Origin: Octopus vulgaris
Lineage: Eukaryota
Direction of reading: 5' to 3'
Length of the DNA: 64,000 nucleotides
Assembly (NCBI GenBank): GCA_951406725.2
Contig: OX597817.1
Location: 7,192,001-7,256,000 of the forward strand
The translations under genes were made by a program, and so were the position numbers. Shown here piece by piece: positions 12,507 to 27,795 of this stretch. Under the pieces are notes generated by a model. That model worked only from the letters and a program-made list of their open reading frames with translations, was not told where the DNA came from and did no database searches. Every line of letters starts with the position of its first letter. Within the stretch, counting starts at the first letter, position 1.

Positions 12507-12935
12507 CAAAAAGCAATAAAGATTCAAGTTAATTTAAATGAATTTACTTGAATATGGTACCTAACTTAGATGCACCAAAAAAAAACTATACTGATTTAAC
12601 AATACAGTAATGTGGGGTGATTATAAGCGAGAATGAAGCAACAAGAATGGATAGGTTTTTAGTACAATCGTTTCATACAAGGACAGGTTTTATTAAAAGT
12701 TGCAAAAATTACAGCATATAAACGTGTCCCGTACTCATCAGCTAAAATACATGTGAGTTCTCTAGACATCCTAGTGGTTGAGGCTATACTCATGAAGTAA
12801 TGTAGATAATTAAGTAACATAAACAGATTTCAAAAGTTCATTAAAGTTCTTTAAAGATGATGTACAGTCTTATCACAGAATTTTAAAAAAAGTCTTAATA
12901 GCATCACAGAGAAGGTGACCTAATCCATAGTGCAC
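12507..12935 (-). mobile_element. Penelope-like pLTR / short non-autonomous PLE inserted in (TA)n
   Basis: Contains a hammerhead ribozyme. The end segment TTGAATATGGTAC...GCACCA...GGGGTGATTATA is shared with copies at 21955 and 35077. (TA)n on both sides. Confidence 0.7.
12657..12747 (-). ncRNA. Type I hammerhead ribozyme
   Basis: Minus strand: TTTTAG-CTGATGA-GTACGGGACACGTTT...AAAACCTGTCCTTGTAT-GAAA-C-GATT-G-TA-CTAAAA. All core nucleotides present, a perfect 6-bp stem I, a long stem II, a short near-palindromic stem III and a GUA cleavage triplet. Confidence 0.8.
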
Positions 12936-12938
12936 ATA

Positions 12939-12972
<34 letters not shown>

Positions 12973-15221
12973 TCTCATGTATATAACAGGCTGATTTAGT
13001 GTCGATTTCGTAGGTTGCTATTGCTATCAATTCTGATCAAGATAACTTGAGAAACCAATCTAATAATGATCAGCCACTTTCATATCTAAGGTTACATTAT
13101 GAGGTATAAAGAATTAGAAGCGGTAGCTAGATAGCTCAATGACCTTATCTTGCAATAAAGATTATAGAGTACCTTCCCTTCTCTAAGTTTCTTCAAGCAC
13201 CTGTGTCATGAGACGTGATTCTAAATCATTCAAGAAATTTAGTGTTTCTTTTGGAAGTTTTTAGAATGTCTAGCTTTCCATTAGTAAAAACAGCTTACTA
13301 ACCCAGCTCGTCACTTCTTAGTCGATTAGACTTAGAGCCATGCACATCATTGATATGTCCGTCTATATCTCTACGCCACATGACTGAAAACCACCACTTA
13401 ACTGTTATTTCTACATTTTCTATCTGAACATTCTTGCATAGATTACTTCATTCAACTAGATTTTGATTTTATGTATCATCATCGACCAGTGAATAAAATA
13501 TATTTTTATGTAGTAAATATATAGATCTTGAAAATATTCTTCAGCTCTTTATGAACTATTGTAATAACATACACGAAGCTACATCAAAAGCTTGTACTTT
13601 CCACTACAATACGTGTTGCTTGGTTGCTTGGTGGGAACTTCGTTGGTATTTCTTGCAGGTTAATCAACTATGTTAAGTCTCCTATGTGTTTGTTGTGCGT
13701 GTGTGTACTTTAATATGTTTCGTGAACGTCTTTGTCTATATTTATCTGTGTATACTTGTGTCCCTATGTTTTCCTATGTTTTTAATCTCATTCAACAAAC
13801 CTCAAACTGACCGATATAGCTGGATCAACATATACCTCTGCCAAGCATCGTTTCCTGTCGGTATTCTCATTACAGCATCAATCTACTATTGCTATATCTT
13901 ATATGAAAACGAGAACACACACACTCACAATCCATCCGCTTGAGTGGACAACTCTACAGTCGACTTGAAGTGAGAGCCAACTATAATATATTGCAGTGTA
14001 TCTATCGTTTCTTCTAATAGACTTGAAAAATTAAAGTAGACACTGATATATATTCATCCCATCGCGTCAGATTTATTTAACGTCAAAAATAGCTCAATGT
14101 CAACACTAAGTAAAATATTGCCGCACTGGAAAACCTGCCGGGCTGGAATAATAGGCAAAAGGTTAATTAGCTTTTGATATAAATTTCATCAGCTGTCATG
14201 CGATTGTCAGGCGGCTGGTGTATAATATTTGTCGATGCATATCAAAAATAAAAGATTAAAATGTTTGCCAATTATGAAGCACAAAGAACAAGTTTAATAT
14301 CGCATCATATACAGACAATGATTTATTTTTGTTTATTTATTTTTTTATTCGCTAATGTATTCATTCGTTTAGTAATTATCTATCTGGTTTGAAACACATT
14401 AAAATTTAGATGATATTTCATTACGTTGGATACTAATTAGGTTCTGGTCTCTTGGAACAATTTTTTTTTTATGATTACTTGAACATAAATGCATATATAC
14501 ATCGATATATGATTAAGTAAGTTCATAAAAATATATATACATACATGCATAATCATCATATGCAGAGAAATTAGTGTATAAAATATGTGTATAAAAATTG
14601 ATACGTAAAAAGCATTCTTGCGTAAAAAAACCCACACTCACAAACGTACAAACAGACGTAGAAAGAAAACCTACATGCTTGATATATATATATATATATA
14701 TATATACATTGTTCAACTCGTCACTCATTTGAAGCACCATTACACACACCCACAAAAACCTTCCCACTCCACACACACTGGCACCGAACACTTTTCAGCT
14801 CCCACACCACACCATTGTCCTCATATCGACGCACTACTATCCACATACCCACGCACAATCTTTAAGAACGTCACTATACATACTACTATACAAGCAGCTC
14901 CACACCGTTTAACTCCGTAAACACACCACACACCATCATGAACAATACCACACCTACACAAGCACATAATACCTGCATGCTGACAATACACACACACACA
15001 CGCAAACGCATAAACAGTTGCAAAACCATAAAGAAAGATAATTTTCACCTACAAACATACTCTATACATATGCACAGTATTTGGTCACAGACACACACAT
15101 ATACACAAGTGCACACATTACATAGACAAGCACATACCAACTACTACACACAAGACACACTCACGTTAGCCTCACACATTATACATACCTTCATACACAT
15201 ACTCACACATATACACATTTA

Positions 15222-15290
15222 ATCCTTTCTGTTGAAGCGCGTAGGTTCGAAACGTAAAAGACTTTTCGATTCTTCAGGAGCGTTAAACTT
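15222..15290 (+). mobile_element. PLE-type repeat fragment with a degenerate minimal hammerhead
   Basis: TTGAAGC-GCGTAGGTTC-GAAA-CGTA-AAAG. Homologous to the minus-strand copy at 23085-23285. Confidence 0.5.
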
Positions 15291-15356
<66 letters not shown>

Positions 15357-17475
15357 CAAAAAGACAGACAAACGAACTGACGGTGAGTTGACAGTTTACA
15401 TAGATGCGTTGATATATAGATAAGAAGTATGAGACAATGCACAACAGTACAAGAAAATTGTTTTAAGCCCCTCTCTAAAATTATATTGAATTCCTGTTGG
15501 CTCAAACGATTCTCAGGTTCGGACATCTGGGATATCAAGAGGAGAATTAAACGAAAATATTAGTAGTAACGTGACACCAGTGAAATCGAAGTATCCAAAA
15601 AATACAAGGTCGTCAATGACGTCATAATGTTCGTATTTAATCATAAAGGATTTTCGCAGATTAATTTCTAAAGAAAAAGGCCCAGTGTCAAAGAAGAGAG
15701 AAAGGAAAGCAACATTTAAGAGCTGAAATGTACAAAGCATCGGACTAAATCCATACTTGAAAAGAAATTTTAATTTGTATAAGCTAGATGAAAGAGAAAA
15801 GCGTGAACATCAATGACCCTCATCTTTGGTTAGGTTCGCGGGATATTCTTTATAATTTAATCAACGTCGTATCAAAAGCCAAACACGCTAAATTGCGGAT
15901 GATATTTGATAGAAGTTGCTTGTAGGAAAGAATTAATGTGGGATTTGAGCAGACAGGCTGAACAAGAATGATAAAAGGAGTTACACGTATGCAAACTACG
16001 TTTGAGTAAAATTATACGAATATATCCTGTGCAGAAGAATAGAACGGGATGTAGTATAATAAGAGATTAGCAATAAATACTATCAGTAGAGAGAGGTTGT
16101 TCAATTAATTGAAATGTGTGATATGTTACGATGCCTCAAAGAACCACGCAACTTCGTACAAAGGATATTGGCTGTTAAATCTCAATCGTTAAGGGGGCGA
16201 AATAACGAGCAACCTCTTGATAAGATTGTAGCCTATTGCATGTATAATAGTCACACAAAAATGTCTTGTGTATTTCTACGATAAAAGTAAAGAAAGATAC
16301 AAATTATTTAGCATTCTGTAAAGCACACGAACATTGGGTGCACAGAAAAAAAAGTGACCCATAAAATTACTTTTGAATTTACAGCTCATTGTTATATTTT
16401 GGGTGATCTCAGCATCAGCTACGACCATATTCTTTTAATGGTTTCAATCACTGGATGTTGAATGCGTGCGACGATCGCCCTCAGGGTATTAGCTTATCAT
16501 GCCGACACTGCTATTTTACCCTCGATATGTATTCTTCTCTGTTTATCATCATTATTAGTTAGAAGAAATATAAGGACACACATACACAAGACGTATTTTT
16601 GACTTAGAAACATATAATGTTTGTTTGCCTTTATGTTCAGTTATAATAAAAGCAATCGTAAAATTAATCTGTAGGGTCACTCCATGCATTTATTCAGCAC
16701 AGATTTATTATTCATTAACAAGAGTTGTATAGATAGTGAATTCGAAATTTCAGACAGTAAATTTATCATTGGACTGAATATATTTGTAAATATGTAAACA
16801 TGTTCTATTCTATTTTCAATTATTTGAATTCTTCCTCTAAAGAAGTTGGTTTTTAAGAAAGAAATAAGTTTCCATCGCTAGAATGTAAGTAACAAAAACG
16901 ATGTCTCATTCCCAACTACGGTAAAGAATTTGCTGTGGAATATTACACCAAGTTAAATAGAAAAACTAAATTCATTCAGAAATCTAGAAAGATCTTTTTG
17001 GCACGATTTTATTTAAGTACATAGTGTCTGAAAACTAAAACTATGAAGAACTGTAAAACTACTTGGAATATATTACAAAATGTAAACGTTAATAAACAGG
17101 ATATCAGTTCGTTTCATTATGCTGCATGAAAATCAGTTTAGTGCATTTTACAGGTTTGATCTTGAAGAACCAGTTAGAATCGATACAATTTTAAATCGAA
17201 ATAAGATTTTAAATTTTCAGAATCATTCAATATCCAAGCGTCATTATAGTCGTGCATCTGATTCCTATCCATTTTAAAAGAATTATTTTCCCCTATTTTT
17301 TAATTTTTCAATTAACCAAAAAATACAATTTCGTAATTTTGTCATCGTATTCCAAAATGTAAGCTATAGAACGACTGACTACATCATGAGATAGCGTATT
17401 GGGTAAAAATATAAAAGTTTTAGTTTCGTTGCTTTGAATATATAACGTTTTTTTCTATTTTATCACGTATATGTA

Positions 17476-17607
<132 letters not shown>

Positions 17608-17940
17608 AACACAAAATTGATCATTTTATGTCATTTTATTGTATGGGAAATCTCTAAATCATGAAGATAAATATCTCAACCTACGTAATTTCAGTTTGAA
17701 ATAAAACATATCACTACTGATTTCCATTCAGGTTTTTACATCACTAGAACTTTGATACTGTTGCATACATTCACACACAACACACGCATGCACACGCTCA
17801 CATGAGCGCTAAGGGCTCACACACACAAACAGACATGCACGCATACACCCATTTTTATGTCAAGATATAAAAGAAAATGAAAATTAAACTAAAGAATTAA
17901 ACAATACTTTTTTGTAAATTACATGGTTATAAAACCACAT

Positions 17941-18470
17941 AGTTGTGATCTGATAGAGCTCTCTGTCGTTTCAACGAGCTTAATGTTGAGTTTGGCTTCC
18001 TTCAGAGATTTTCTAAATTTCCGGGCTAGTTCTCCATGGGCTGTGGCCTCTGCAAACATCAGCTCCATCAGATCACAAATAAAAAGGACGTACCCCTTTG
18101 AGAATACCACATACTCCAATGAAAGCTGCATGGTATGGAAGATTAACCTTGGAATTAACTGTAGAAGTAGAAATGTTGTCTATCGCATAAGGGGCATATA
18201 GGGTGCATCTAAAGGCAGGAACTTGATATACATAGGTGAGATATCTAGAAGCATTGGGGTGAGACTAAATGGACATCTGAGACAATATGACGACAAATAA
18301 CACTTCTCCATACTCTTCCAACATGCCAAAGACCAACATGGAGGCACACTGGGTCGACTTGACATCTGCATTTTATCCAACTTCCTGAAGGACCCAACAC
18401 TCAGACAAATACAGGAGTACATTCTCATAAGGGAAACAGCCCAGTACTAAATACGAAATAAACGGCCTTC
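17941..18470 (+). mobile_element. Penelope-like element 3' fragment: GIY-YIG endonuclease pseudogene (+) with inverted linker segment (-)
   Basis: The plus frame reads SSIRSQIKRTYPF..SCMVW..NCRSRNVVYRIRGI*..LIYIGEISRSIGVRLNGH..SILFQHAKDQH..KDPTLRQIQEYILI (VVY/YIGE motifs). Minus strand 17941-18060 reads MFAEATAHGELARKFRKSLKEAKLNIKLVETTESSIRSQL. Confidence 0.85.
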
Positions 18471-18487
18471 TGCTATGTCTATGTGTG

Positions 18488-18547
<60 letters not shown>

Positions 18548-18809
18548 CTGTGTGTGTGTGTTTGTGTGCGCGTATGATGCTTATTTCAAGAATGGGAAAA
18601 GAGAGAACGCTCCTAACTCGTTATTGTAAAAATATTATTTTCTACATGTTGCAGGTAATGTTCGATTGATATTATGCATGCATGATTATACATGGAATAC
18701 ACATACGCACACACACATACAACTAAGTCTAAACACATATATAAGCGCATGTATATAATATATATATAATGTATATAATATATATATATATATTATACTT
18801 ATATATGTG

Positions 18810-18855
<46 letters not shown>

Positions 18856-20311
18856 TTATGTATATATATATATACAATTTTTACCTATATGATATTTATG
18901 AGTACTTATGTGAGCATGTGCAGGGTCGTGGTGGTGACTTTCCATTACCTAAAAGTTATATAAATGACATTTGTCTACGATTCCTCAGTGTAAGTGATGC
19001 TAAAAATTTAGGTTGCAAATTGATATTGTCAACCATTTGGCCTTACTGCAAATATGCATATACATGTTCACGCAAAACACTCATAGATACACACATACAC
19101 GCGCACATATGTAGACTTATAGACGCAGAGATCTCTCTCTTTCAAGAGAGTTTTCTGTAGAGAGACATGATTGCAACTATTTTTTTCCATAGACATGTAT
19201 ACGTGTAGCTGCGTGTGGGTGTTACGTTTTAAATCCTGACTATCCTACACTATAACCCGTTTTTATTAGGGATAATAAAAGAAAACTTTTATCGACGTTT
19301 CTACACCATCATCAAAATATGAGGTGATGCTGTCTTCTATATGCTTCTTTTATAGTGGGCAACTTTATTTTAATGCAGAATTTACTACCAGAGTTTGAAA
19401 AAGTTTTATGCTACCAGGCATGAAGTTTAAGCGTTAGACGTATATATCTGGTCTGAATACTTTAGATTTGTGCTGTGATGCGAGTATTGCTTCCTTAGTT
19501 AAAGGTCTATATTTGTGGGTAATTTTATCTAGATTTAATATGTTACCTGTTGATATGTTTCAACTTGCACGTTTTTATATAGTGCTAGTTGCAGGGTGTT
19601 GCAATTGCCACATGCAGAACCCTCCACTAGAAATTCCACCTTGCAATGAAATAAATACATGCACTTAATTTTATGCAGTGTGTACATTCCTCCTGTTGGA
19701 AATACAATCGTATGTTAATCAATATGTTTTTCTGCGTAGGATGATTGCGCACGTGTGCGAATGTATGGGTATAGAGTCATTGCCAATACTCATCTCTTTC
19801 TTTCTCTGTATATATATACATGTGCATGCTTGCGTGTACACATGTGTGTGCTGGTGTGTGTGACTGAGTGTGTGTTTGTGTGCGTGTGTGTATATATCAC
19901 CGGGTTACTCTCATACGCATCTTTCAAGCGATTAATTTGATTATATGTGTATTCTTTCTGTGTCCTTCTTGTTCACTCCATTTATCTATCTTTGTACCTG
20001 TCTATCCAACTGTCTAACAATATCTCTCTTTGTTTGTCCATCTTTCTGTCTCAACCAATTATATTCCGCCCTTCATCTGATGTCACACAAAACCTATATT
20101 TCCGCTAATGGAACGTCAGAACAAATAGGTTTGCTTTCAAACCCTAATAAATATCTTAATTACAATCCTAAACATTTGCAAACGTCATTACTGCTGATTT
20201 GATTTGGGTGTATACGAGATTCTTTGTATTGGAAATTTCTTTCTACTGTTACATTTAGAGTAGAGTCCATCTTTGTGATTGTAAAGCGTTCTCACAAAAT
20301 ATACACGTAGA

Positions 20312-20312
20312 C

Positions 20313-20361
<49 letters not shown>

Positions 20362-20445
20362 TATGTGTATGTGTGTGTTTGTATGTATGTAGATTATATA
20401 TATATTTACATCACATAAGCATATTCTTATATGTATGTATGTATG

Positions 20446-20478
<33 letters not shown>

Positions 20479-20522
20479 ATATATACGTACACACATATGT
20501 ATGTATATGTATACACACACGC

Positions 20523-20553
<31 letters not shown>

Positions 20554-20664
20554 CATACATATAAGAATATGCTTATGTGATGTAAATATATATATAATCT
20601 ACATACATACAAACACACACACATACAAACACACACACACACATACACACACACACCCACACAT

Positions 20665-20716
<52 letters not shown>
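20312..20716. repeat. Long inverted repeat (fold-back) built from microsatellites and a unique core
   Basis: GTAGATTATA..TTTACATCACATAAGCATATTCTTATATG at ~20389-20437 recurs as its reverse complement at ~20554-20602. Confidence 0.9.
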
Positions 20717-20724
<8 letters not shown>

Positions 20725-21044
20725 AGATACGTTATGTGTCATTCAACATGTCATACTCAAAGATAAGGTCATCAATTTTATGTTGTAATCAAATTTCGTG
20801 TGTCAGAAATATACTCAAATACAATCATTTAAATGTTACCAGCTATTTATACCAGAGTGATAATAAAAAGTGGCTGAGTATACATAACTTGTTGTAATTA
20901 TATCTCTTTTGTAAATGAAATTACATATTGTTTGTGTTTCTTAATTGGTATGAAATGTAATTGAGTAACACTTGTGAGGTGCAATTAAATTCAATGGGAC
21001 GGAATTGACTGCCAAAATAAAAATCGTTATATTTTATATAATTA

Positions 21045-21432
21045 CTAGCAGTATCGCCCGGCGTTGCTCGGGTTTGTTTCGACCCTTTAGAATTGGAATT
21101 TTTGAAAAGTAAAAATTTTGCATTATGTAGCTTGTTATTATTCTCTTTAAGTGAACATTTTTTTCTGGTTGAAATACACCAAAAAATGGCGACACCGCAG
21201 TCAAAGAATCGTACAAAATAGGGATTTTCATAGAAAAAAAGCACCTTTTTGATGTAAACAATTTTTGGTGATAACATGGTGCGACTTGAATTTTTTCTTC
21301 TACCGAAGGAAGAGCAAGTCTTCTATCATACTCTCAATTTTGGTCAACTTGCGCCGCAGGGTCTCGGAGGAGATAGTGTTAATTGAAGGATACTAAACTC
21401 GCTATACACAGAACTTCAGTTTTATATAGAGA
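21045..21432 (-). mobile_element. Non-autonomous Helitron
   Basis: The minus strand starts TCTCTATATAAAA and ends AAACCCGAGCAACGCCGGGCGATACTGCTAG|T (subterminal hairpin plus CTAG). Same 3' end as 48771-49150. Confidence 0.85.
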
Positions 21433-21896
21433 ATAATATTATGTAAGTATGAGCACTCCGAAATGCATGCGTCCCACCGTCTCGAACTATACTAGTGGTA
21501 CACGTATCTGTGGAGTGCTCAATCACCGGCACGATGGTTTGGCTAAATCCCGCTGTGAGTACGTATATTTCTACCATAAGAATTCCTTGTTCATTTAGAG
21601 AAATGCTAATGCGTATATTGGACATGGAGAAAGAGAAAGAGGGAGAGAGAGAGAGAGACGTATATCTAAGTGATGATTTCTTTAGAACGAAAGAGAGAAA
21701 AAAGCAGTATAACTGTAGTTTCTTGAAATTGAATATTCATCTCGCGATTCGAGTTCCTTCTCTCTGTGATCTTCAAGCGGGACTTGAAGCGTGCAGGGCG
21801 CAAAACTCAAGTCATCATATGGGCATAGGTTTAAGTTTTCACGGCTGGTGGATACTACCTCTCTCCCTCTCTCTCTATCTATCTCTCTTTATCTTG

Positions 21897-21929
<33 letters not shown>

Positions 21930-21954
21930 TCTCTGTACATATATATATATATGT

Positions 21955-22085
21955 AGGTTCAGCAAAAATCTAGATTCAGTTGAATATGGTACTTAAATTA
22001 AAGGCACCAGAATTTGGTATGGTATTATCCATATAAATCAAATGGGATGATTATAATCAAAATAAGCAACGAGGATATCCAAAAC

Positions 22086-22090
<5 letters not shown>
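21955..22090 (-). mobile_element. PLE pLTR end fragment in (TA)n
   Basis: Highly similar to 35077-35190 and related to 12507-12650. Confidence 0.6.
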
Positions 22091-22155
<65 letters not shown>

Positions 22156-22980
22156 ATGGTCACAGTTTTATTTATAACTTATTAGACTACGCTGGAAATT
22201 TCTCTGTCGTTGAAGTTGCCCTTTAGTAGAAATCAGAGTGTTAACTTGCAGGATCTGTTCTTTATTGCTATATCTTTTAAGTCGCTGCTTTGCAGATGAC
22301 TTTCTTGATAGCTAGAGTGTACTGTGAATTAAAATATGATGACCCCGATGGGTTGGTCGGTGTGGTAGCAGGTTAGTAACACGTTCTCTGGCATGAGTTT
22401 GGTCTTACGGGTCTCGATCAAAATGCTCTAGCTTAAATTGATTTGTAGGTTGTCCACTGAAGGAATCACAATTGTGAAATCTCCAGTGTAATGTAATTCT
22501 GACGAAGATTTTCTTTAAAATTATAGCACACTGGTGATTTTTACTTAAATTTCTTACTTTATTTTCTTCTTAGCTCTCAGTTTTCTGACGCTGAAAAGCG
22601 CCCAAATGATGCACAAGCTGAAATTGTAAAACTTACACAACATCAAATGGGAAAAACTGACAAAAAGTCGGATTGACATTCAACCAAAGTTAATGGTGTA
22701 AAACAAAAAAAGCGCATCTGCTATAAGAAATGAACATAAGAAAGCGGTTGCAATTGGAAAAAATTTACTTTGTACGCGTTAACGAAATATGTAAAAATAT
22801 GTAATCCTGAATCGTAAATAATCGCGATTAATGCCACCTGAATGTTCGTTTCTGATAACGATAGACGACTGTGAAATTAATGTCTGTTGGTATTTGCGTG
22901 TAAATATATGTATAGTGCATAAATGTATCCTCTATATACTTTTTCTATTTTCTCTACATTACCCCTTTCAATGTTCAGTA

Positions 22981-23082
<102 letters not shown>

Positions 23083-23084
23083 GG

Positions 23085-23285
23085 AGAGAGATCACGAAAA
23101 AAAAACCAGCAAAAGACGAAGACAGGTGGTGTACAAAACAAACAGATGTATTAGTATAACGCTCACGAATAGAAAAATTATTTTACGTTTCAAGCCTACG
23201 CTCTTCTATAGAAAGGGGCACAGAGAAATAAAAACAAGGAGAGAAACAAGGAGTGAAAAAATATATGTGTAGTGGCTACCGATCT
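23085..23285 (-). mobile_element. PLE-type repeat with a degenerate minimal hammerhead
   Basis: Minus strand TAGAAGA-GCGTAGGCTT-GAAA-CGTA at 23184-23208. Homologous to 15222-15290 and lies between microsatellites. Confidence 0.5.
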
Positions 23286-23288
23286 ATC

Positions 23289-23321
<33 letters not shown>

Positions 23322-25194
23322 TGTATGTATGTATGTATGTATGTATGTATGCATGCGATATGCAGGGGACTGACTGGACGAGCAATGCCTATCATCGCCA
23401 CATATGAAGGAAGCAAGTTAAGGAGGAGGTCGGCACATTTGTGAGAACACGTATTCTGCATGAAGAACTTAAGCATGCTGCTCGAAAGCGCACTAATGGT
23501 GTAGTGAATGGGGAAAGCTTGGTTTGCAATGTTTGCATTCATGTATGCTTGCCAAGAGCAGGGATCATTAGCCACCAACAGACCCACAAATGCAAAATAT
23601 AACTTAGTCCTAGAGCGTACAATGTTCTTGAAGCTCAGCAATAGTCTTTCTCGGTTACGCGTGGACGGCCATCATGTATATATATATATATATATCGATG
23701 CACATGTGTTCACAAGATCTACAGTATTTGATAAACCTTGTTCTTCCGGTATGGTCCCATTTTACTGTTCATTGTGCTTTATAGATGTTTATAGACGCTT
23801 ATGTGTGTCCGTGTGTTTATGTGTGCCTATGTGTTCAAATGATATTTTCCCAACCTTATACACTTATTTATTTTCTGTATATACTGTGATGTTTATACAT
23901 TTTTAAATGTGTCCAACTAGTTTACAGATTTCATTATGCATGTACATTTGCAGATACCGCACTGTATATATATATATATATATATATTCTTATGTGTATT
24001 TATTTCTGAGTGTGTTTCAGTGGTCTTTGACCAGTAATGCTGTGCTAATATATGCACATATAACCCAAGACAAAATAGAATGCATTAAAGTAGATGTAAA
24101 AATGTAAAAACAAAAGAAAACAGAAAAGCAAGCAATGAAATCTCATGATTTTCTTGTGCGTTAGCTTTTTGTATAGAAGAAAAACAATGGGTGTATTTAT
24201 TTATTTATCTATGTATTTCTTTGTTATTTTATTTTTCTTCATCGCCTTTTACTGTGGGTAAATGTTGACAGATCACCAAATGAAATATCGCTCCATGACG
24301 TTAATATAATTGGGGCCAACCAAGTTTGCATAATAAAACAATTTACTTGAATCCATGTTTCATTCATCCAATCGAAACAAGCCACAGAACAAATGTAAAA
24401 ACTATGTAATCTGATAAAAGATACTCTTTTTTTATTACAGTTTCTATGTCATTCTCTTCTTCACTCTCTCTCTCTTTCTCTCTCTCTCTCTCACCTTTCT
24501 CCCTCTCTCACATAAACTACTATTTACTTTGTCATTGCATGCCGTTTTCGTTTCGATTTTTGCATTCCCCTCTTTGATTGTTCTAGCTATTTTTTCCATA
24601 TAATCTTTACTTCTACTCTTACACTACAACCACCATTTTGTTTCCTGTTTTATTTTTGTATTGTTGTCTAATAAACGGATTTAATATATGATTGGCTTGG
24701 TTGTTGTCGTTTTTCCATTTGCCGAATGCATATCATTTTATTTACTTCATTCATAATTTATCTTCAAAACGCAAAACAAATAATATCCTATATATACTTC
24801 CTGAACGACAAGAGAAAATGTAAATGTTCTAAATCCAATATATATAGATATGCATCAATGTGATCTCACATAAACAATACTTATACGTCTACAAAGAGTT
24901 TCGTGGACATGGACAGGAACACGAAGTGTTTATCATACGTCAACAATTAATGGGACAATCCTTTTCGACGGATTCCACAAACATTAAAAGCAACAATGGC
25001 ATTAACATGATTTGTTTATAAACATGTGGTGGGTAGGGTGCGCGTGTGTATTCTTATGTGGGTGCGCGTGGGTGTGTGAGTGTTCATGTGTATTTGTATC
25101 ACTCATGTTATAAATGCCGCTTTCTTTGTATTAATGCATTCCATGTGATGCAGGATAAAGTAGTCCGGTCTCATGTAAAGTTTTTCTCACTTGA

Positions 25195-25700
<506 letters not shown>

Positions 25701-26218
25701 GGATGGATATATAATGTATGTATCCATCCAACATCTACCTACCTATAGATGAATACATACATACACACAAATGCATACACACATACATATTTCATGCGAA
25801 CAAGCTTTAGCAAGTAAACGACGACAAAAAAAGCGCTAATAAGATTTATCCCAAGAGCAGTTAGAAACACAAAGCCAAATATAGAGACATATTATTACAA
25901 TTGCGAACAAATGTTCCAAAAAATCGCCTTCATAAAAGAATTACGAAATTAAATTCCACCTGCAAAGCCTCTTCTTGATCAGTATTGCATTTTATCAATT
26001 TTCTGAAGTTTTAGTTTATATACAGATGATGTATTATGTTGAACTTAAAAGGGATATTTCCTTTGTAGCATTCTTTTATACCTTCTATTACTTAATTTAA
26101 ATAACTTTATCTAAATATAAAACTAGTTGCCTATATTCTAATGGTATTGTATTCTGCTACGTATTCTACACATTTAAGACGCATGTTTGATATTATGCAT
26201 CATGGCATGGGCAGACTC

Positions 26219-26869
<651 letters not shown>

Positions 26870-27795
26870 TTGAAGAGAATCGCATTACTTAAAGTTTCAT
26901 GGAAGCAAGAAACACACTCTTGATCATTCGGATGTAAGGTTACTTTTCACTGTCCGATGAATACGGCTCTAATTGTTTTTAGAAATGAAACAGTGTGGCG
27001 TATGATAGATACCAATATCACAGTCTAGAGGCTTACAATTTTCAGAATATATATATCTTTGTAATGGACGTAACGAGTGAAGAAAACAATGCCTTTAATC
27101 ATAGAAAATGAGTCAAATAAATGAAAGAAGAGACCGGCCGTAAACTCTACACATTTTACCCTAAACACATAGAGTATTATTGTACTTCTTATTACATTCT
27201 CCACTATATATTAACCCTCATAGAAAATGAAGTGGTAAAAATACCTTTGATTCCCAAATAGTGATTAAAGCCGAAATTGTGTCCAAGTGTCAAATCTCAT
27301 ATTTTGTGTGCAAAAGGAAAATCATGAAAGCCAACAAAGCAAGATAAAATGGGAATTTACGGGTGAATGAATAACAATAAAAAAGGAGATATATCACATT
27401 GGAAGTTCTGTGTTGATCCAACGACAATTCATTCCCTGACTGCTGTAGGGAAGAACGAGAACAAACACCGCAAAACAAAAGGAAATCACACACATATATA
27501 TATACACATATATACATATATATATACATATATACATATACATATGTATACATATATAAATATATATATACATGTATATATAAATACATATATATTGATA
27601 TATATCATACGGGTATATATATATGTGTGTGCACATATACATCTATATTTGTGTGTGTGTATGTGTGTGCATGTGTATATATCAATGCAATATGTTCCTT
27701 TGTGTTTGCGTGTGGGAATGTGTACTTGGTCTTATCCATGTAATTACGTTGTCACAGACATCGATAGAGTTGTATATTACAACAAAGGATCATTT

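Noticed and set aside
15480-16250. Purine-rich stretch that might be an old LINE or transposase
   Set aside because: Many stops and no motif I could identify with confidence.
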